Positions 28,066 to 38,187 are shown, counted from the stretch's first letter. The stretch: 40,523 bases of DNA from Solirubrobacteraceae bacterium (GCA_035483615.1 DATHPT010000377.1:1-40523), one strand, 5' to 3'. The notes: generated by a model from the sequence alone, not told the origin. Numbers and translations are program-made.

Positions 28066-28643
28066 CCGGTCGAGACCACGTTCGGCAGGTTCTTGGACTT
28101 CTGCTCGTAGCTCTGCCCGCTGCCGCCGGTGCGCAGGTTCTTCAGGGAGCTCGGGGGGGCCGGTTTGGTGATCGAAGCTCCTGTGCCGGCCGGTTCTTTG
28201 GCCTTTGCGGCGGGCTTCTTGGTAGTGGAGGATGGAGCCGGCGCTTCAGGCGCGGCGGTGGTGGGCGTGGTCGCCGCGCCCGCGGCGCCACCGGCGGCGC
28301 CGAGTGAGATCACCTGTGCCGGCGGTGCCTTTGCGGAGCCTGCGCCGGCACGACCGATCAGCACGCCGACGCCCATCGCGAGCAGCAGCACCCCCACGCC
28401 CGCGATCAGCGCGAGGCTGTTGTTGCGCCCAGAGGCCGGCGCGCCCGCGATCCCGGGCGGCGCGGACGGCGACTGGGGCGCCAGCGGCGGCGCCTGCGAC
28501 GGTTTTTCCGTCGCAGGCTTGGCGGACAGCGGCCCACTGACGTGCGGTCGGGGCTCGCCGCATTGCAGGCAATAGCGCTGATCGTCCGCCAATGGCGCGC
28601 TGCACTGCGCACACGACTCGGTCGTCACACCCGCATGGTCCAT
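28062..28643 (-). CDS. Zinc-ribbon, single-TM protein with Pro/Ala/Thr-rich tail
   Basis: CAQCSAPLADDQRYCLQCG; LALIAGVGVLLLAMGVGVLIG; GAGG RBS. Confidence 0.8.
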   Translation of the reverse strand: MDHAGVTTESCAQCSAPLADDQRYCLQCGEPRPHVSGPLSAKPATEKPSQAPPLAPQSPSAPPGIAGAPASGRNNSLALIAGVGVLLLAMGVGVLIGRAGAGSAKAPPAQVISLGAAGGAAGAATTPTTAAPEAPAPSSTTKKPAAKAKEPAGTGASITKPAPPSSLKNLRTGGSGQSYEQKSKNLPNVVSTG

Positions 28644-28656
28644 CCTCAGGCGACCT

Positions 28657-28678
28657 GAACTCGTAACGATTCTGTGAA
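28657..28678 (-). promoter_or_regulatory. Candidate OmpR-family site TTCAC-N6-GTTAC
   Basis: Minus strand reads TTCACAGAATCGTTACGAGTTC, very similar to the 18820 site; 20-35 nt upstream of the ATG at 28643. Confidence 0.5.
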
Positions 28679-28715
28679 TGCCATCGGACCGGTTGTTCGG
28701 GCGGATGTCATCGGA

Positions 28716-29504
28716 CTAGCCGTTTGCCGCGGAGTTCGCGCCCGGCGCCTTGTTGAACGCACAGCGGAAGTTCTCCGGCGCTGAGACGGGCTCTGAGCCG
28801 GCGAAACCGCCTTTGGTGCCGTTCGAGTAGACGGTGACGTACTGCAGCGTGGAGGGAGCGGGAACCGCCGGCAGCGGCACAGGGTTCGGTTCGCCTGTGC
28901 GCGGATCGCCGGTCGAGCCGGTGCTGACACCCTCCGAGCCCGCCGCATCGGAGCCTGCCGCGGTGGTCACGAGTGTGGCGCTCATCTCGCGCAGGTCCTT
29001 CAGTCCCACTGAGGGATCAAGCGAAATGGTGGAGGTGAGCTGTGAGTCGTGGATCGTCGAGGCGAGCTTCACGCGGGCAGCGGCGCCGATCAGCTGTGCC
29101 GCGGTCGGCAGGTAGCCGCCCATCTGCACGCACGCCTGGCTCGCCCAGAAGTAGTTGTTCTGACCTGCCTGGGCGTTGGTGAGCGGGTAGAAGGAGGTCA
29201 TCAGGCACCAGGTTCCGAGGTCGACCGTGGTCGGCTGGCAGCTTGGTTCGACGGCCGCGAGCGTCTTGCCGCTGAGGTGGGTGGCGTTCTTGACGGTCGG
29301 GATCGCCGCCGCTGCAAACTTCCTGTTGTGGCCGAGCAGCAGCAGGCCGTTCGCGCGTGGCTTGGCGCTGATCTGGTGGCCGCCGATCGCGCTCACGACG
29401 GCATGTCGTGCAGCGCTTGCCAGCCCGGTGGTCGAGCCGACGAGCGCGAGGATTGAGATTGCCAGTGCGGCCGTGCCACTGTGGCGGGAGATGCGCGCTT
29501 TCAT
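28716..29504 (-). CDS. Secreted protein with probable C-type-lectin/FGE-like fold
   Basis: Signal peptide; NYFWASQACVQMGGYLPTAAQL and a terminal FRC resemble the CLec/FGE-sulfatase pattern. Confidence 0.7.
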   Translation of the reverse strand: MKARISRHSGTAALAISILALVGSTTGLASAARHAVVSAIGGHQISAKPRANGLLLLGHNRKFAAAAIPTVKNATHLSGKTLAAVEPSCQPTTVDLGTWCLMTSFYPLTNAQAGQNNYFWASQACVQMGGYLPTAAQLIGAAARVKLASTIHDSQLTSTISLDPSVGLKDLREMSATLVTTAAGSDAAGSEGVSTGSTGDPRTGEPNPVPLPAVPAPSTLQYVTVYSNGTKGGFAGSEPVSAPENFRCAFNKAPGANSAANG

Positions 29505-32500
29505 GATCGCCTCCTCGGGCGTTGGTTGGTGTGTTCTATGGAGAGCCGTGCCGCCGCTGGACGGCGACGACGGTGTGGGTCAAAGCGGATCGTGGCGCCC
29601 CCGGCGGCCGCGGCCAGGAGAACGCCAAGCAGGTAGAGGGCGAATTGGGAGGAGCCGCCGCCGGAGCTGCGCGAGCTCGCGAACGCGGGGACGAGGGGCT
29701 GCGAAAGGCGCAAGCCGCCCCGCGCCGATACGGGCAGCTCGCGCCCGTCCTGCATGTACCGGGCGAACGCCTGCGACTGCTCGGGCGCGGCCTCCTCTTC
29801 GCGTTTTTCTTCGAACACGCGAACCGTGGCGCCACCGGGCGGGATCGGATCGGTGAACGAGGCGGCGGGCGGCGGCGGGACCACCGGCACCCCGCCGACA
29901 GACGGCAGCTTGACGATCGGAAGCAGTGCGAGCGGCAGCGCCACCTTCGGTGCCGGCTTCAGGGCGGGGGGCTTTGCGAGCAGGGGGGCAGGAGGGGGCG
30001 GGGGCGGCGCGATCGGAGCAGGAGCCGGGGCGGGCGATGGCGGGGGCGCGGCCGGTGGCGCGGCGGCTTCAGAGGCGGCGTGCTTGAAGTGGCTCGCGCT
30101 GAGCGGCACGGTGCCGCACGGCTGCTCCACGCTGCCGCCGAGCACGGTCACCGGGGTTGAATAGGAGAGCCCTCCGGCGGAGACCGTGACGGTCGTGGTG
30201 CCGGGGTTGAACGCACACAGGATCGCCGAGTGCGGGTCGGGGATCACGTGGCCTGAGGAGTCCTGCAGCGGCTTGCGCAGATTTGTCGAGTTGGGGTCCT
30301 GCTCGACGAAGTTGGCGATTTCCGGTTCGGAGGAGGTGAACGTGTATTCCGGTTCGATCGCGCTCGAGCAGTCCGACTGCACGCACAGCTTCGGTGGGAA
30401 TTCGCTATAGGGGTCGGCGCCCGGCGGGCTTGGATTGCCGTCGGAGGCGGACACCGGTCCCCAGCGGTCGCCCGCGAGCGGCCTCCTGCCCAGTCCGGTG
30501 AACAGCGCGGGCGCGCTGCGGCGCAGCAGCGTGCCGTCGACGGGGTCCAGCGAGACCGACTGCACGAGCGGTATCAGGCGTGCGCTGACCGGCGCGACGT
30601 TGCTCACCGGATCGCGTTTTGAGACTTCGACGCTGAACAGCAGGTAGCCGGTGGTGCCGAACAGGGCATCGGGCTGACCGGCTTTGAAGGAGTCCGAGAT
30701 CGAGGAGCGGTAGCCGAGCGCACCGGTGCCGAACTCGGGGATCGTGACCGCTGCTCCGGAGGGGATGCGACTCGTGCGACTTTCCTCTGGGCGCTCGTAC
30801 AGATAGGCCGACGCTCCGCCTTGAGCCATGATCGTGGCCTCTTCGGTTGCGTCTTCGGCGACGTTCAGCGCCGGGGGCAGATTGGGGTTGAGCTCCCGGC
30901 TGCCAACCACGATCGCGGGAATCCCGCGGGCTCTCGCATCAGAGAGCACCTGCGCGAGCCACGGACCCTGTGCCTGGGCGGGGTTCTGATAAGGGTCGCT
31001 CGCCGCGAGCGAGCCACGCGAGTTGTCGATCACGATCACTCGAACAGTCCCCGCCGGCCCTGTGCTGTCGAAGGCGTAGTGGGTGCGGGCTCCCGGGTCG
31101 AGGGACGGTCCGGGGGGAATGTTCGCTGTGCTGATCCCGCTGGGCGTGGCGCCTTCGCCGAAGGGCCCCGAGAACGAGGCGAACGCACCGGCGAACGCGG
31201 AGTCCAGGCCGCCTTCGCTGTCGCCAGCCGAGAGCGCCGGATAGACGGGCAGGCTGCCACCGCCCGCCAGCAGCTGTGCGTAGCGGTCGGCCTCGGCCTG
31301 CGGCTCGGGGCCCTCTCCCGGGGTCTCACGTCCGCCGGTGTAGAGCAGCATCCGCGGGCCGCCCGGCTGTGTGGAGAGACCGTCGATCGCGCCGAGCGCC
31401 GCGCTCAGGTTGCGGTCGGGAGCGATCCCCTCGTCGGCAAGCGCGGCACAGGGGTCAACGCACTCGGCGTGACCGCCGACCGCGAACGTCGCAACGCCGT
31501 TCGGCAGAGCGACCGGCGCGGTCAGCTCTCCGGGCGGTCCTGGGGGGTTGCCGCCGGCCGCATAGCTGTAGATGCCGGCGGTCTGCACTTCGGCCCGCAC
31601 AGCCTGACCAGAGCCGCTTGCATCGCTTCCCCGCCCGGCGTCGTCGGCGTGGCCGCTCCACCCGCCGAGCGCCCAGCCCGTGCCGGAGGAGCTGACGTCG
31701 AGCGCGGCGATCGGGTCGGCCTTCATCGGCTTGTCGCTGGTGTCGCCCGCATAGGCGGCGCGCTCCTCGTCCTCCCAGCCTGAGGCTGTCTCGCGCAGCA
31801 GGTAGCCATCGCCCGCCAGTGGGTTCGGCGGGATCAGGGGACCGGGAGTGTTGGGGTCGACGGGCGGCAGGATCAGCGGCGGCGGATAGGTGAAGTCGGG
31901 CACCACCGACAGCAGCGCGCGCACTTTGGAGCCCTCGAGCAACGGCGCGGCGGCGACCGCCGTCTCGTTGACGATCGGCTGTTCGGAGAAATGCCACGGA
32001 GCGCCGGCGCTGTCGCGCTCGAGCACGACGTCGCGGCCAGCCAGCACCGCTCCGCCGCCCGGCAGTCCCGCGACGACGTTCAGTTGAGGCATGATGGGCA
32101 GGCTGGACAGCAGCGCGTGCACTTCCGGATCGACCTTCCAGCCCGTCCCTTCGTTTACGAGCAGGTCGTGTTCGGCTGCCACCATCGCCTCTGAGCCGGC
32201 GAACGCGACCGAGGTGAAGTTGGCTTCCTTGAAGCCGCTCGGCAATTCTTCTTCCTGAGTCCAGCTCTTGCCGTAGCGCAGTAGCGCTCCACCGAGGCCG
32301 ACCGCATAGCCGAGCGCCGGATCGCTCGGGCTGAAGGCGATCCCGAGCAGGTTGCCTTGAAAGCCGTTCAGGGGGGCGGCCGGGTCTTTCTCCCAGAGCC
32401 CCGTTTCGCCGCGCCAGACCCACATCGCTCCGAGATCTCCCACGGCAAACGCCCTGTTCGCGGTGGGCCAGGCGACGCCGCGCAGTGTGGGCGAGCTGAC

Positions 32501-34213
32501 CGCGCCGCTGCCGCTCAGCAGGAACTCGCGTTCCCAGCCGTGTCCGGGGATGTAGCGCGCGATCGCGCCTTCGGCGCCAACGGCGAGCGCCTGCCCACCG
32601 GGGTCCCCGGGTGTGGTGCCGGGCGCGGTTGCGACAGCGGTGAACGGGGCCCGCGCCGATACGGGCCAGCTCACCAGACGCTCTGGCTGTCGGGTGGCGG
32701 TGATCTGGACCGGCCCTTCCAGCCAGCCGTCCTGCGGGCTGTAGAAGGCGCCACCGGACGCGTTGTCGGCGCCTGCGCCGGGCATCCACCTGAAGCCGGT
32801 TCCTTCGAAGCTGAGATAGCTGCCGAGGTTGCTCGTGTCATCGGCGCCCGGGAGCAGTGGGTTCGTGATGATCCGCGTGCCGTAGCCGGGACCGTCGAAG
32901 GCGAAGCTGCGATAGCCGGCGAGTCGCCCGAAGCGCGCGTCGAGGGGGTGTTCGCAGAGCGCTTCACCGGAGCTGTCGCGAGCGTCGCACCAGCTGCCTG
33001 TGAGCTTGTGCTGGGCGACGTCGTAGTAGAGCGTGAAGTCGTATCCGTCGTCTCCGCCGCCTGGCGCTTGCAGGTTGCCGTCGATCCACACGCCCTGTTC
33101 GGTGACGGTCAGCGGCTGGGCTGTGCCCGCTAGCGGACCGAGCTTGCTCACACCTCGCCCCGGAGTTTCAGCAGCCGAGAACAGCGCTGCGCCGAGCGGT
33201 GCTTCTTCCCAGCGATATTCGCTGGGTTTCGCTTCGGTGCGCTTGAATAGCAGCACTCCGAGCCCGCTGCTCTGGCTGGGCTCGCCGAGCAGCCACAGGT
33301 TCTGTGGAGAGCTGCCGGCGATTGCAAGGACCGTAAAGCTGCCGGTGTAGCCGGCGGGCAGCACGATCGGCTCCCGGGTCCAGTGTTCACCATCCCAGCG
33401 AGCCACACCGAGATCACGCGTGCGACCGAGCGCGCCGAGATAGGCTTCGGTGTGACTGCCGTTCTCGACCGCCGCATCGGCGACCGCGCCGGCGCCTTCC
33501 TTTTCGGCAAGCGTCTCGGCTGGTAGTTCGCTTTCGCCCGATCCTCCACCGCTTTCGCCCGCTCCCCCACTTTCACCTGCCGCCATGAGCACGCCCGCGG
33601 GCGGTTCGGGCAGTACGTGGAAGCGCCCGCCGGGATCGCGTGCGAGCACGACCGTCTGCTTGCCGTTCGGCCGGCTGGGATCCTCGCCGACCAGCAGCCC
33701 GCCACCGTGTGGTGTGATGCGCGCCGACAGGCGGTTGGGCTCCATGCCGCGGTAGGGCCTGCCTTCTTCGTCCAGCGGGGTTTCCTGAATCGCCCAGCCG
33801 GGTGTGGCGTCGGTAGCGCTCTCGAACACGAGCTGGCCAGGCGGCGCTGCGCCACCCGTCGGGGGAGCGGCGAAGGCGGCATTCCCGGAGGCGATGGAGG
33901 GGGGTGGCACGTCGAGGGGGAGCACCTTGTAGGCCCACGCTTCACCCGGCGCGCCGGCCGTGGCAGCGCCCATCAGGACCGTCGAGCGGTCGGCCGTGCC
34001 GAGCACGGGCTGGGGAGTCGGTTCGCCCGCGTCCGGTCCCGCCGCGCGCGCGCCGCGGCCTGCGACGTGCACGGCAGCCACGGCGCCCAGCAGCACCAAC
34101 GAGAGCGCAAGCGTCACGGGCGCGCGACGCGCCCGTGGAAGTCGCGGCCGTGAGGACTCGTCTCGAAAGAGCTCGTCTGGAAAGGGCTCGTGTTGAGGGG
34201 TACGCTCAACCAT
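29501..34213 (-). CDS. 1570-aa secreted, C-terminally membrane-anchored multidomain protein (paralog of 4047..8621)
   Basis: Shares long blocks with the 1524-aa protein, e.g. PTLRGVAWP..RA.AVGD.G.M..WR..TGLWE.DPAAP, LLRYGK.WTQE, CAFN.GTTTV...AGGL.YS.PVTV.GGSV..PCGTVPL. Confidence 0.87.
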   Translation of the reverse strand: MVERTPQHEPFPDELFRDESSRPRLPRARRAPVTLALSLVLLGAVAAVHVAGRGARAAGPDAGEPTPQPVLGTADRSTVLMGAATAGAPGEAWAYKVLPLDVPPPSIASGNAAFAAPPTGGAAPPGQLVFESATDATPGWAIQETPLDEEGRPYRGMEPNRLSARITPHGGGLLVGEDPSRPNGKQTVVLARDPGGRFHVLPEPPAGVLMAAGESGGAGESGGGSGESELPAETLAEKEGAGAVADAAVENGSHTEAYLGALGRTRDLGVARWDGEHWTREPIVLPAGYTGSFTVLAIAGSSPQNLWLLGEPSQSSGLGVLLFKRTEAKPSEYRWEEAPLGAALFSAAETPGRGVSKLGPLAGTAQPLTVTEQGVWIDGNLQAPGGGDDGYDFTLYYDVAQHKLTGSWCDARDSSGEALCEHPLDARFGRLAGYRSFAFDGPGYGTRIITNPLLPGADDTSNLGSYLSFEGTGFRWMPGAGADNASGGAFYSPQDGWLEGPVQITATRQPERLVSWPVSARAPFTAVATAPGTTPGDPGGQALAVGAEGAIARYIPGHGWEREFLLSGSGAVSSPTLRGVAWPTANRAFAVGDLGAMWVWRGETGLWEKDPAAPLNGFQGNLLGIAFSPSDPALGYAVGLGGALLRYGKSWTQEEELPSGFKEANFTSVAFAGSEAMVAAEHDLLVNEGTGWKVDPEVHALLSSLPIMPQLNVVAGLPGGGAVLAGRDVVLERDSAGAPWHFSEQPIVNETAVAAAPLLEGSKVRALLSVVPDFTYPPPLILPPVDPNTPGPLIPPNPLAGDGYLLRETASGWEDEERAAYAGDTSDKPMKADPIAALDVSSSGTGWALGGWSGHADDAGRGSDASGSGQAVRAEVQTAGIYSYAAGGNPPGPPGELTAPVALPNGVATFAVGGHAECVDPCAALADEGIAPDRNLSAALGAIDGLSTQPGGPRMLLYTGGRETPGEGPEPQAEADRYAQLLAGGGSLPVYPALSAGDSEGGLDSAFAGAFASFSGPFGEGATPSGISTANIPPGPSLDPGARTHYAFDSTGPAGTVRVIVIDNSRGSLAASDPYQNPAQAQGPWLAQVLSDARARGIPAIVVGSRELNPNLPPALNVAEDATEEATIMAQGGASAYLYERPEESRTSRIPSGAAVTIPEFGTGALGYRSSISDSFKAGQPDALFGTTGYLLFSVEVSKRDPVSNVAPVSARLIPLVQSVSLDPVDGTLLRRSAPALFTGLGRRPLAGDRWGPVSASDGNPSPPGADPYSEFPPKLCVQSDCSSAIEPEYTFTSSEPEIANFVEQDPNSTNLRKPLQDSSGHVIPDPHSAILCAFNPGTTTVTVSAGGLSYSTPVTVLGGSVEQPCGTVPLSASHFKHAASEAAAPPAAPPPSPAPAPAPIAPPPPPPAPLLAKPPALKPAPKVALPLALLPIVKLPSVGGVPVVPPPPAASFTDPIPPGGATVRVFEEKREEEAAPEQSQAFARYMQDGRELPVSARGGLRLSQPLVPAFASSRSSGGGSSQFALYLLGVLLAAAAGGATIRFDPHRRRRPAAARLSIEHTNQRPRRRS

Positions 34214-35909
34214 GACGGCGCACGCTCGTACTGACAGCGCTCGGGCCTGTTTTTGCCTTGCCTTCGGGTCCCGAGGCGGGGACGGGCTTCGGCTTGGTGA
34301 GCTCCTTCGTCTTGAAGCTGAGCGCGTCCGGCCAGCGCTTGCGCTGGAAGCTCAGCACCAGCCTGCGGCTGCCGGGCTTCAAACGCAGATCGCGTGTGCG
34401 CGCCACGATCTTGCCGTGCAGCTTTGCCACGAGCTGCACGTCGGCGAGCCGGGTCAGCTGAAAGCTGATCGTGACCGTGAGCCCGTGACGAGCGACCCTG
34501 ATGTCCTTCAGCAGCGCGGGGATCACGAGCCCCTGAGCTTCGCCGCTCGCTTTCGTTTCGACTTGGACGGGCGGTGGGGCGAACAGTTGGGAATCGTCGG
34601 GAGGCGGGGTGTCTGAGACGAATTGAGCGACCGACTCGTTTGGGCGCTGGGTGATGGTGCTGTCCCAGCTGGGGTCGGTGTCTTCAGGGAGGAGCGCTCC
34701 GTCGGTGTAGTGGAACAGCCAGCCAGCCGAGGTTGCCATCCAGGCTTCTTCGGGCCCGGTCGCCGCTACGAGCTGAGCACTGCCGCGCCCCGCGCCGGAT
34801 GCGGGAAGCGTCTGCAGGGCGACGCTGCCGTCGGCACCGATCAGCGCGACCTTGGCTCTGTTTGTGGAGCTGCCCCGTTCGGATAGTGCCTGGTCGGCGA
34901 CCCATGCGGTGCTCGTGCCGGGTACGGGTGATATGTCGACGAAGCGGTCTTCGGTGCCGAACAGCGACGTGTCGATCGGAGCCTGCTGGAAGAAAGGTTC
35001 GTTGTAGTGGACTGCCAGTGGTGGGCTCGGCACCGAGCCGTCGTGTGGGGCGGCGGGACCGGATGCGGCGCCGCCACCGGAGAGCCACAGGTCGCTGCCG
35101 TCGGATTTGGCCGCCAGCAGCTCAACGCCTTCGGCGGGCACGCCCGGATAGGGGAACGGGATGAAGTTTGCCCCTGTGAACTGTTCTCCAGCAAGCCGGT
35201 GAATCAGGATCGGTCCGAACGGCTCGGGCGTGGCGAGCGTCACCGGATCGGTTGTGTCTCCGGCCTGAGTGCCGACGAGCGTGCTCTCGTAGAACGTGCC
35301 GTCCAGGACAGCCAGACCGCTGACCGCCCGCCCCTGCGGTTGGTAAGAGCTCGTCAGGTTGGCGCCATCCCAGTGCAGGTGAAACGCGCCCACGCGCTGG
35401 CCGGTGGGATCCTCGCTTGCGATCCCGGCAAACCAGCAATCGTCAGGCCCGTTGCAGGCGGCGGCGTCCAGCGGGCGAAACGGGTCTGGCGACTGCAGTG
35501 GCGTGGAGTAGGAGCCGACAACGACCCCGTCCTTGAAATGGCAGAGGGCCAGGCCCGATCCCACGCGCGGCTCGCTCGGTTCGGTGATCGTCCAGAACTC
35601 GTCGGGGCCGGCCCAGGCGATCCGCGAGGCTTCGCCCGAGCCACCGCACACGGTCGAGAGCTGATGCCAGGTCCGACCATTCCAGAAGAACAGCCCGGTG
35701 GGCACCACGGCGTTGCCCTCGACGCTCAGCAGACCCTCGTTGGGCGCAAGGAACTCCATGTCGTCGGGTGTGCCGAGCGGCGCCGTGAAGCGTGCGCCGG
35801 CGGGTGGCGCCGGCTGTTCCAGGCGCCAGGTCGCTTCGCCCCAGGCAACGCCCGGGCCGACCGAGGCGATCGCCGCGGCGATCAGAACCCCGGCGGCGAG
35901 TGATCTCAA
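34206..35909 (-). CDS. Secreted Cys/Trp-rich protein (paralog of 12867..14861)
   Basis: Signal peptide; WHQLSTVCGG..RIAWAGPDEFWTI, LCHF.G..V.SY, AAAC..PD.CWF.G, FHLHWDG, WMATS.GWLFH; basic C-terminal beta-sandwich. Confidence 0.85.
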   Translation of the reverse strand: MRSLAAGVLIAAAIASVGPGVAWGEATWRLEQPAPPAGARFTAPLGTPDDMEFLAPNEGLLSVEGNAVVPTGLFFWNGRTWHQLSTVCGGSGEASRIAWAGPDEFWTITEPSEPRVGSGLALCHFKDGVVVGSYSTPLQSPDPFRPLDAAACNGPDDCWFAGIASEDPTGQRVGAFHLHWDGANLTSSYQPQGRAVSGLAVLDGTFYESTLVGTQAGDTTDPVTLATPEPFGPILIHRLAGEQFTGANFIPFPYPGVPAEGVELLAAKSDGSDLWLSGGGAASGPAAPHDGSVPSPPLAVHYNEPFFQQAPIDTSLFGTEDRFVDISPVPGTSTAWVADQALSERGSSTNRAKVALIGADGSVALQTLPASGAGRGSAQLVAATGPEEAWMATSAGWLFHYTDGALLPEDTDPSWDSTITQRPNESVAQFVSDTPPPDDSQLFAPPPVQVETKASGEAQGLVIPALLKDIRVARHGLTVTISFQLTRLADVQLVAKLHGKIVARTRDLRLKPGSRRLVLSFQRKRWPDALSFKTKELTKPKPVPASGPEGKAKTGPSAVSTSVRRHG

Positions 35910-38161
35910 GGTCCGTGCCCCGGGTCCTGCTCGGGTGCTTGGCGGGTGATGTGGTGCAGGTCGCTCAGATCGACCTCCTGCACGGTGGAGAGCACGGCAT
36001 CGAGCGCCACTCCGGAAAGTGTCTCCTGCTCGAGCAGCGCGTGCGCGGTCTCCTCGACGGCCTGCCAGTTGCGGTCGAGGATCGCGGCGGCCTTGGCCTC
36101 CGCCTCCCCCACCAGCCGCTCCACTTCGCGGTCGATCAGGTCGAGCGTGGATGGGCCGACCGAGCCGAGGTCCTGCAGGGAGGCTCCGAGGAACACCTCG
36201 CCGCCCTTCTCGCCGATCGTGACCGGCCCGAGCGCGTCGGACATGCCGAACGAGGTGACCATCGTGCGCGCCAGGCTGGTGGCGGCGTGCAGGTCGTCGC
36301 TGACGCCCGTGGAGAGATGACCGAATGCGATCCGCTCACCGGCTGTGCCGGAGACGATCACGATCAGCTGCTGTTGCAAGTCGACTTCGGACTGGATCAG
36401 CTGGTCGCGATCAGTGAGCATGTGGGCCGCGGTTCCGAGTGTGCGTCCACGTGCCACGATCGAGAGCTTGCGCGTCGAGGTGGTCTGGCCGAGCGCGTCG
36501 GCGACGACCGCGTGGGCGGCCTCGTGGATCGAGATCAGCCAGCGCTCCTCACGGGTGAGGATGTGCTTCTTGGCGGGACCTGCGACCACGCGGTCGATCG
36601 ACTCCTCGAGTGTCGCCTGATCGATCAGCTCGCGTCCGTCACGCACACTCAGCAGCGCGGCCTCGTTGATCACGTTGGCGAGCTCGGCTCCGCTGAAGCC
36701 AGGCGTCAGCTGAGCGATCTCCTCGAGCGAGGCGTCGGAGGCCATCGGGCGCTTGTCGCCGTGCAATTTCAGGATCTCCAGGCGTCCGTGCACGTCGGGC
36801 ACGTCGATCGTGACCTGCCGGTCGAAGCGTCCGGGGCGCAGCAGCGCCGGATCGAGGATGTCGGGACGGTTGGTGGCGCCCATCACGACCAGCCCCCCGT
36901 CGCCGGAGAAGCCGTCCATCTCGACCAGCAGCGCGTTGAGCGTCTGCTCGCGCTCGTCGTTGCCCTGACCGATGCCCGCGCCGCGCTTGCGCCCGGCGGC
37001 GTCGAACTCGTCGATGAAGATGATCGCCGGAGAGGCCTTGCGCGCCTTGCGGAACAGGTCGCGCACACGGGCGGCGCCGACGCCGACAAGCGACTCGACG
37101 AAGTCTGAGCCCGACAGCGAGAAGAACGCCGCGTCGGCCTCGCCGGCGACGGCCTTGGCCAGCAGCGTCTTGCCGGTTCCGGGAGGTCCGACGAGCAGCA
37201 CGCCCTTCGGCGCGGCCGCGCCGACTTTCAGGTAGCGAGAGGGATCAGCGAGATAGTCGCGGATCTCGCGAAGCTCGGCCACTGCCTCACCGGCGCCGGC
37301 GACGTCGGCGAACGTCGTTTTATGCGCGGTGCCCTTGCCTTTGCGCTTGCCCTTGCCTGTGAACTCGGAGAACCCGGCGATGCCTCCTGCGCCGCCGTCG
37401 GCGCCGAAGCGCATGAACAGCGCGAACAGGCACACGAGCAGTACGATCGGGATCAGGAACTGCACGAGGATCGCGCGCGGCGCCTTGCCGGCCTGCTGGT
37501 CGACGGTGACCACCGTGCCCGCGTGGGCGAGGCTTTGCAGAAGCTGTTGTGTCTGCACTCCCGAGGCGGGATAGGCGGCCCAGTATTCGCCGGTCGCTCC
37601 TCCCACGGTCGAGGCTGGGGGCGTGCCGCTGGTCGAGGCATCGCTGGTCGTCGACGCGCCGCTGGTCGGCGAGGAGCCGCCCGTCGAGGAACCACCGGTC
37701 GAGGAGCCACCCGTCGAAGAACTACCTGTCGAGGAGCCACCACCGGTCGAGGAGCCGCCGCCGGTCGCAGAGGTATCCGCCGAGCCTTCCTTGGGCATCT
37801 TGAGCGTGATCTCAACGCGACTGTCGTGGTCGAGCAGCGTGGCAGCCGCGATCTGGCCATGGTTGGCAAGCGACAGCACGCGGCTGATCGGCAGCTGGGT
37901 GCCACGACTGGAGGGGCCGATCGCGCCGAGCAGCGTGAAGAATGTGATCAGCAGCGCCGCGGAGGCGATGACGAGGAACAGCGCGATCTTGTCGCGAAAG
38001 ATGATTCGGCGCGCGCCGGAGGCGAATGCTCCGAGGGTCGCGAGCGCGGGATTGCGCTTGTTGGCGAGGCCCGAGCGCACTTGAGCGCCCTGGACCGGTC
38101 GTACGGGCCCTATGGGACGGCCGTTGCCTTGCGGGGGCTGGGGTGTGGTGTCGTCGGTCAT
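35906..38161 (-). CDS. ftsH: ATP-dependent zinc metalloprotease FtsH paralog
   Basis: Two TMs; Walker A GPPGTGKT; Walker B IIFIDE; [23 protein letters not shown]; HEAAH; TGVSDDL. Confidence 0.93.
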   Translation of the reverse strand: MTDDTTPQPPQGNGRPIGPVRPVQGAQVRSGLANKRNPALATLGAFASGARRIIFRDKIALFLVIASAALLITFFTLLGAIGPSSRGTQLPISRVLSLANHGQIAAATLLDHDSRVEITLKMPKEGSADTSATGGGSSTGGGSSTGSSSTGGSSTGGSSTGGSSPTSGASTTSDASTSGTPPASTVGGATGEYWAAYPASGVQTQQLLQSLAHAGTVVTVDQQAGKAPRAILVQFLIPIVLLVCLFALFMRFGADGGAGGIAGFSEFTGKGKRKGKGTAHKTTFADVAGAGEAVAELREIRDYLADPSRYLKVGAAAPKGVLLVGPPGTGKTLLAKAVAGEADAAFFSLSGSDFVESLVGVGAARVRDLFRKARKASPAIIFIDEFDAAGRKRGAGIGQGNDEREQTLNALLVEMDGFSGDGGLVVMGATNRPDILDPALLRPGRFDRQVTIDVPDVHGRLEILKLHGDKRPMASDASLEEIAQLTPGFSGAELANVINEAALLSVRDGRELIDQATLEESIDRVVAGPAKKHILTREERWLISIHEAAHAVVADALGQTTSTRKLSIVARGRTLGTAAHMLTDRDQLIQSEVDLQQQLIVIVSGTAGERIAFGHLSTGVSDDLHAATSLARTMVTSFGMSDALGPVTIGEKGGEVFLGASLQDLGSVGPSTLDLIDREVERLVGEAEAKAAAILDRNWQAVEETAHALLEQETLSGVALDAVLSTVQEVDLSDLHHITRQAPEQDPGHGP
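37664..37768 (-). repeat. 15-bp-unit tandem repeat encoding (TGGSS)n in the FtsH extracytoplasmic loop
   Basis: GTCGAGGAGCCACCC-like units; protein [32 protein letters not shown]. Confidence 0.8.
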
Positions 38162-38187
38162 GTTATGTGTGTGAGCGTGTGAGCCGC

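Noticed and set aside
28716-29504. Diversity-generating retroelement target
   Set aside because: No reverse transcriptase and no template/variable repeat pair seen.
31455-32789. 444-aa Arg-rich ORF and many similar overlapping ORFs
   Set aside because: Alternative frames of GC-rich genes; low-complexity Arg/Ala/Gly with no motifs.
4047-34213. Sortase-dependent pilus cluster
   Set aside because: No sortase gene and no LPxTG motif before the C-terminal TM helices.
35792-37108. 438-aa plus-strand ORF
   Set aside because: Antisense shadow of the conserved FtsH AAA domain, typical of high-GC DNA.
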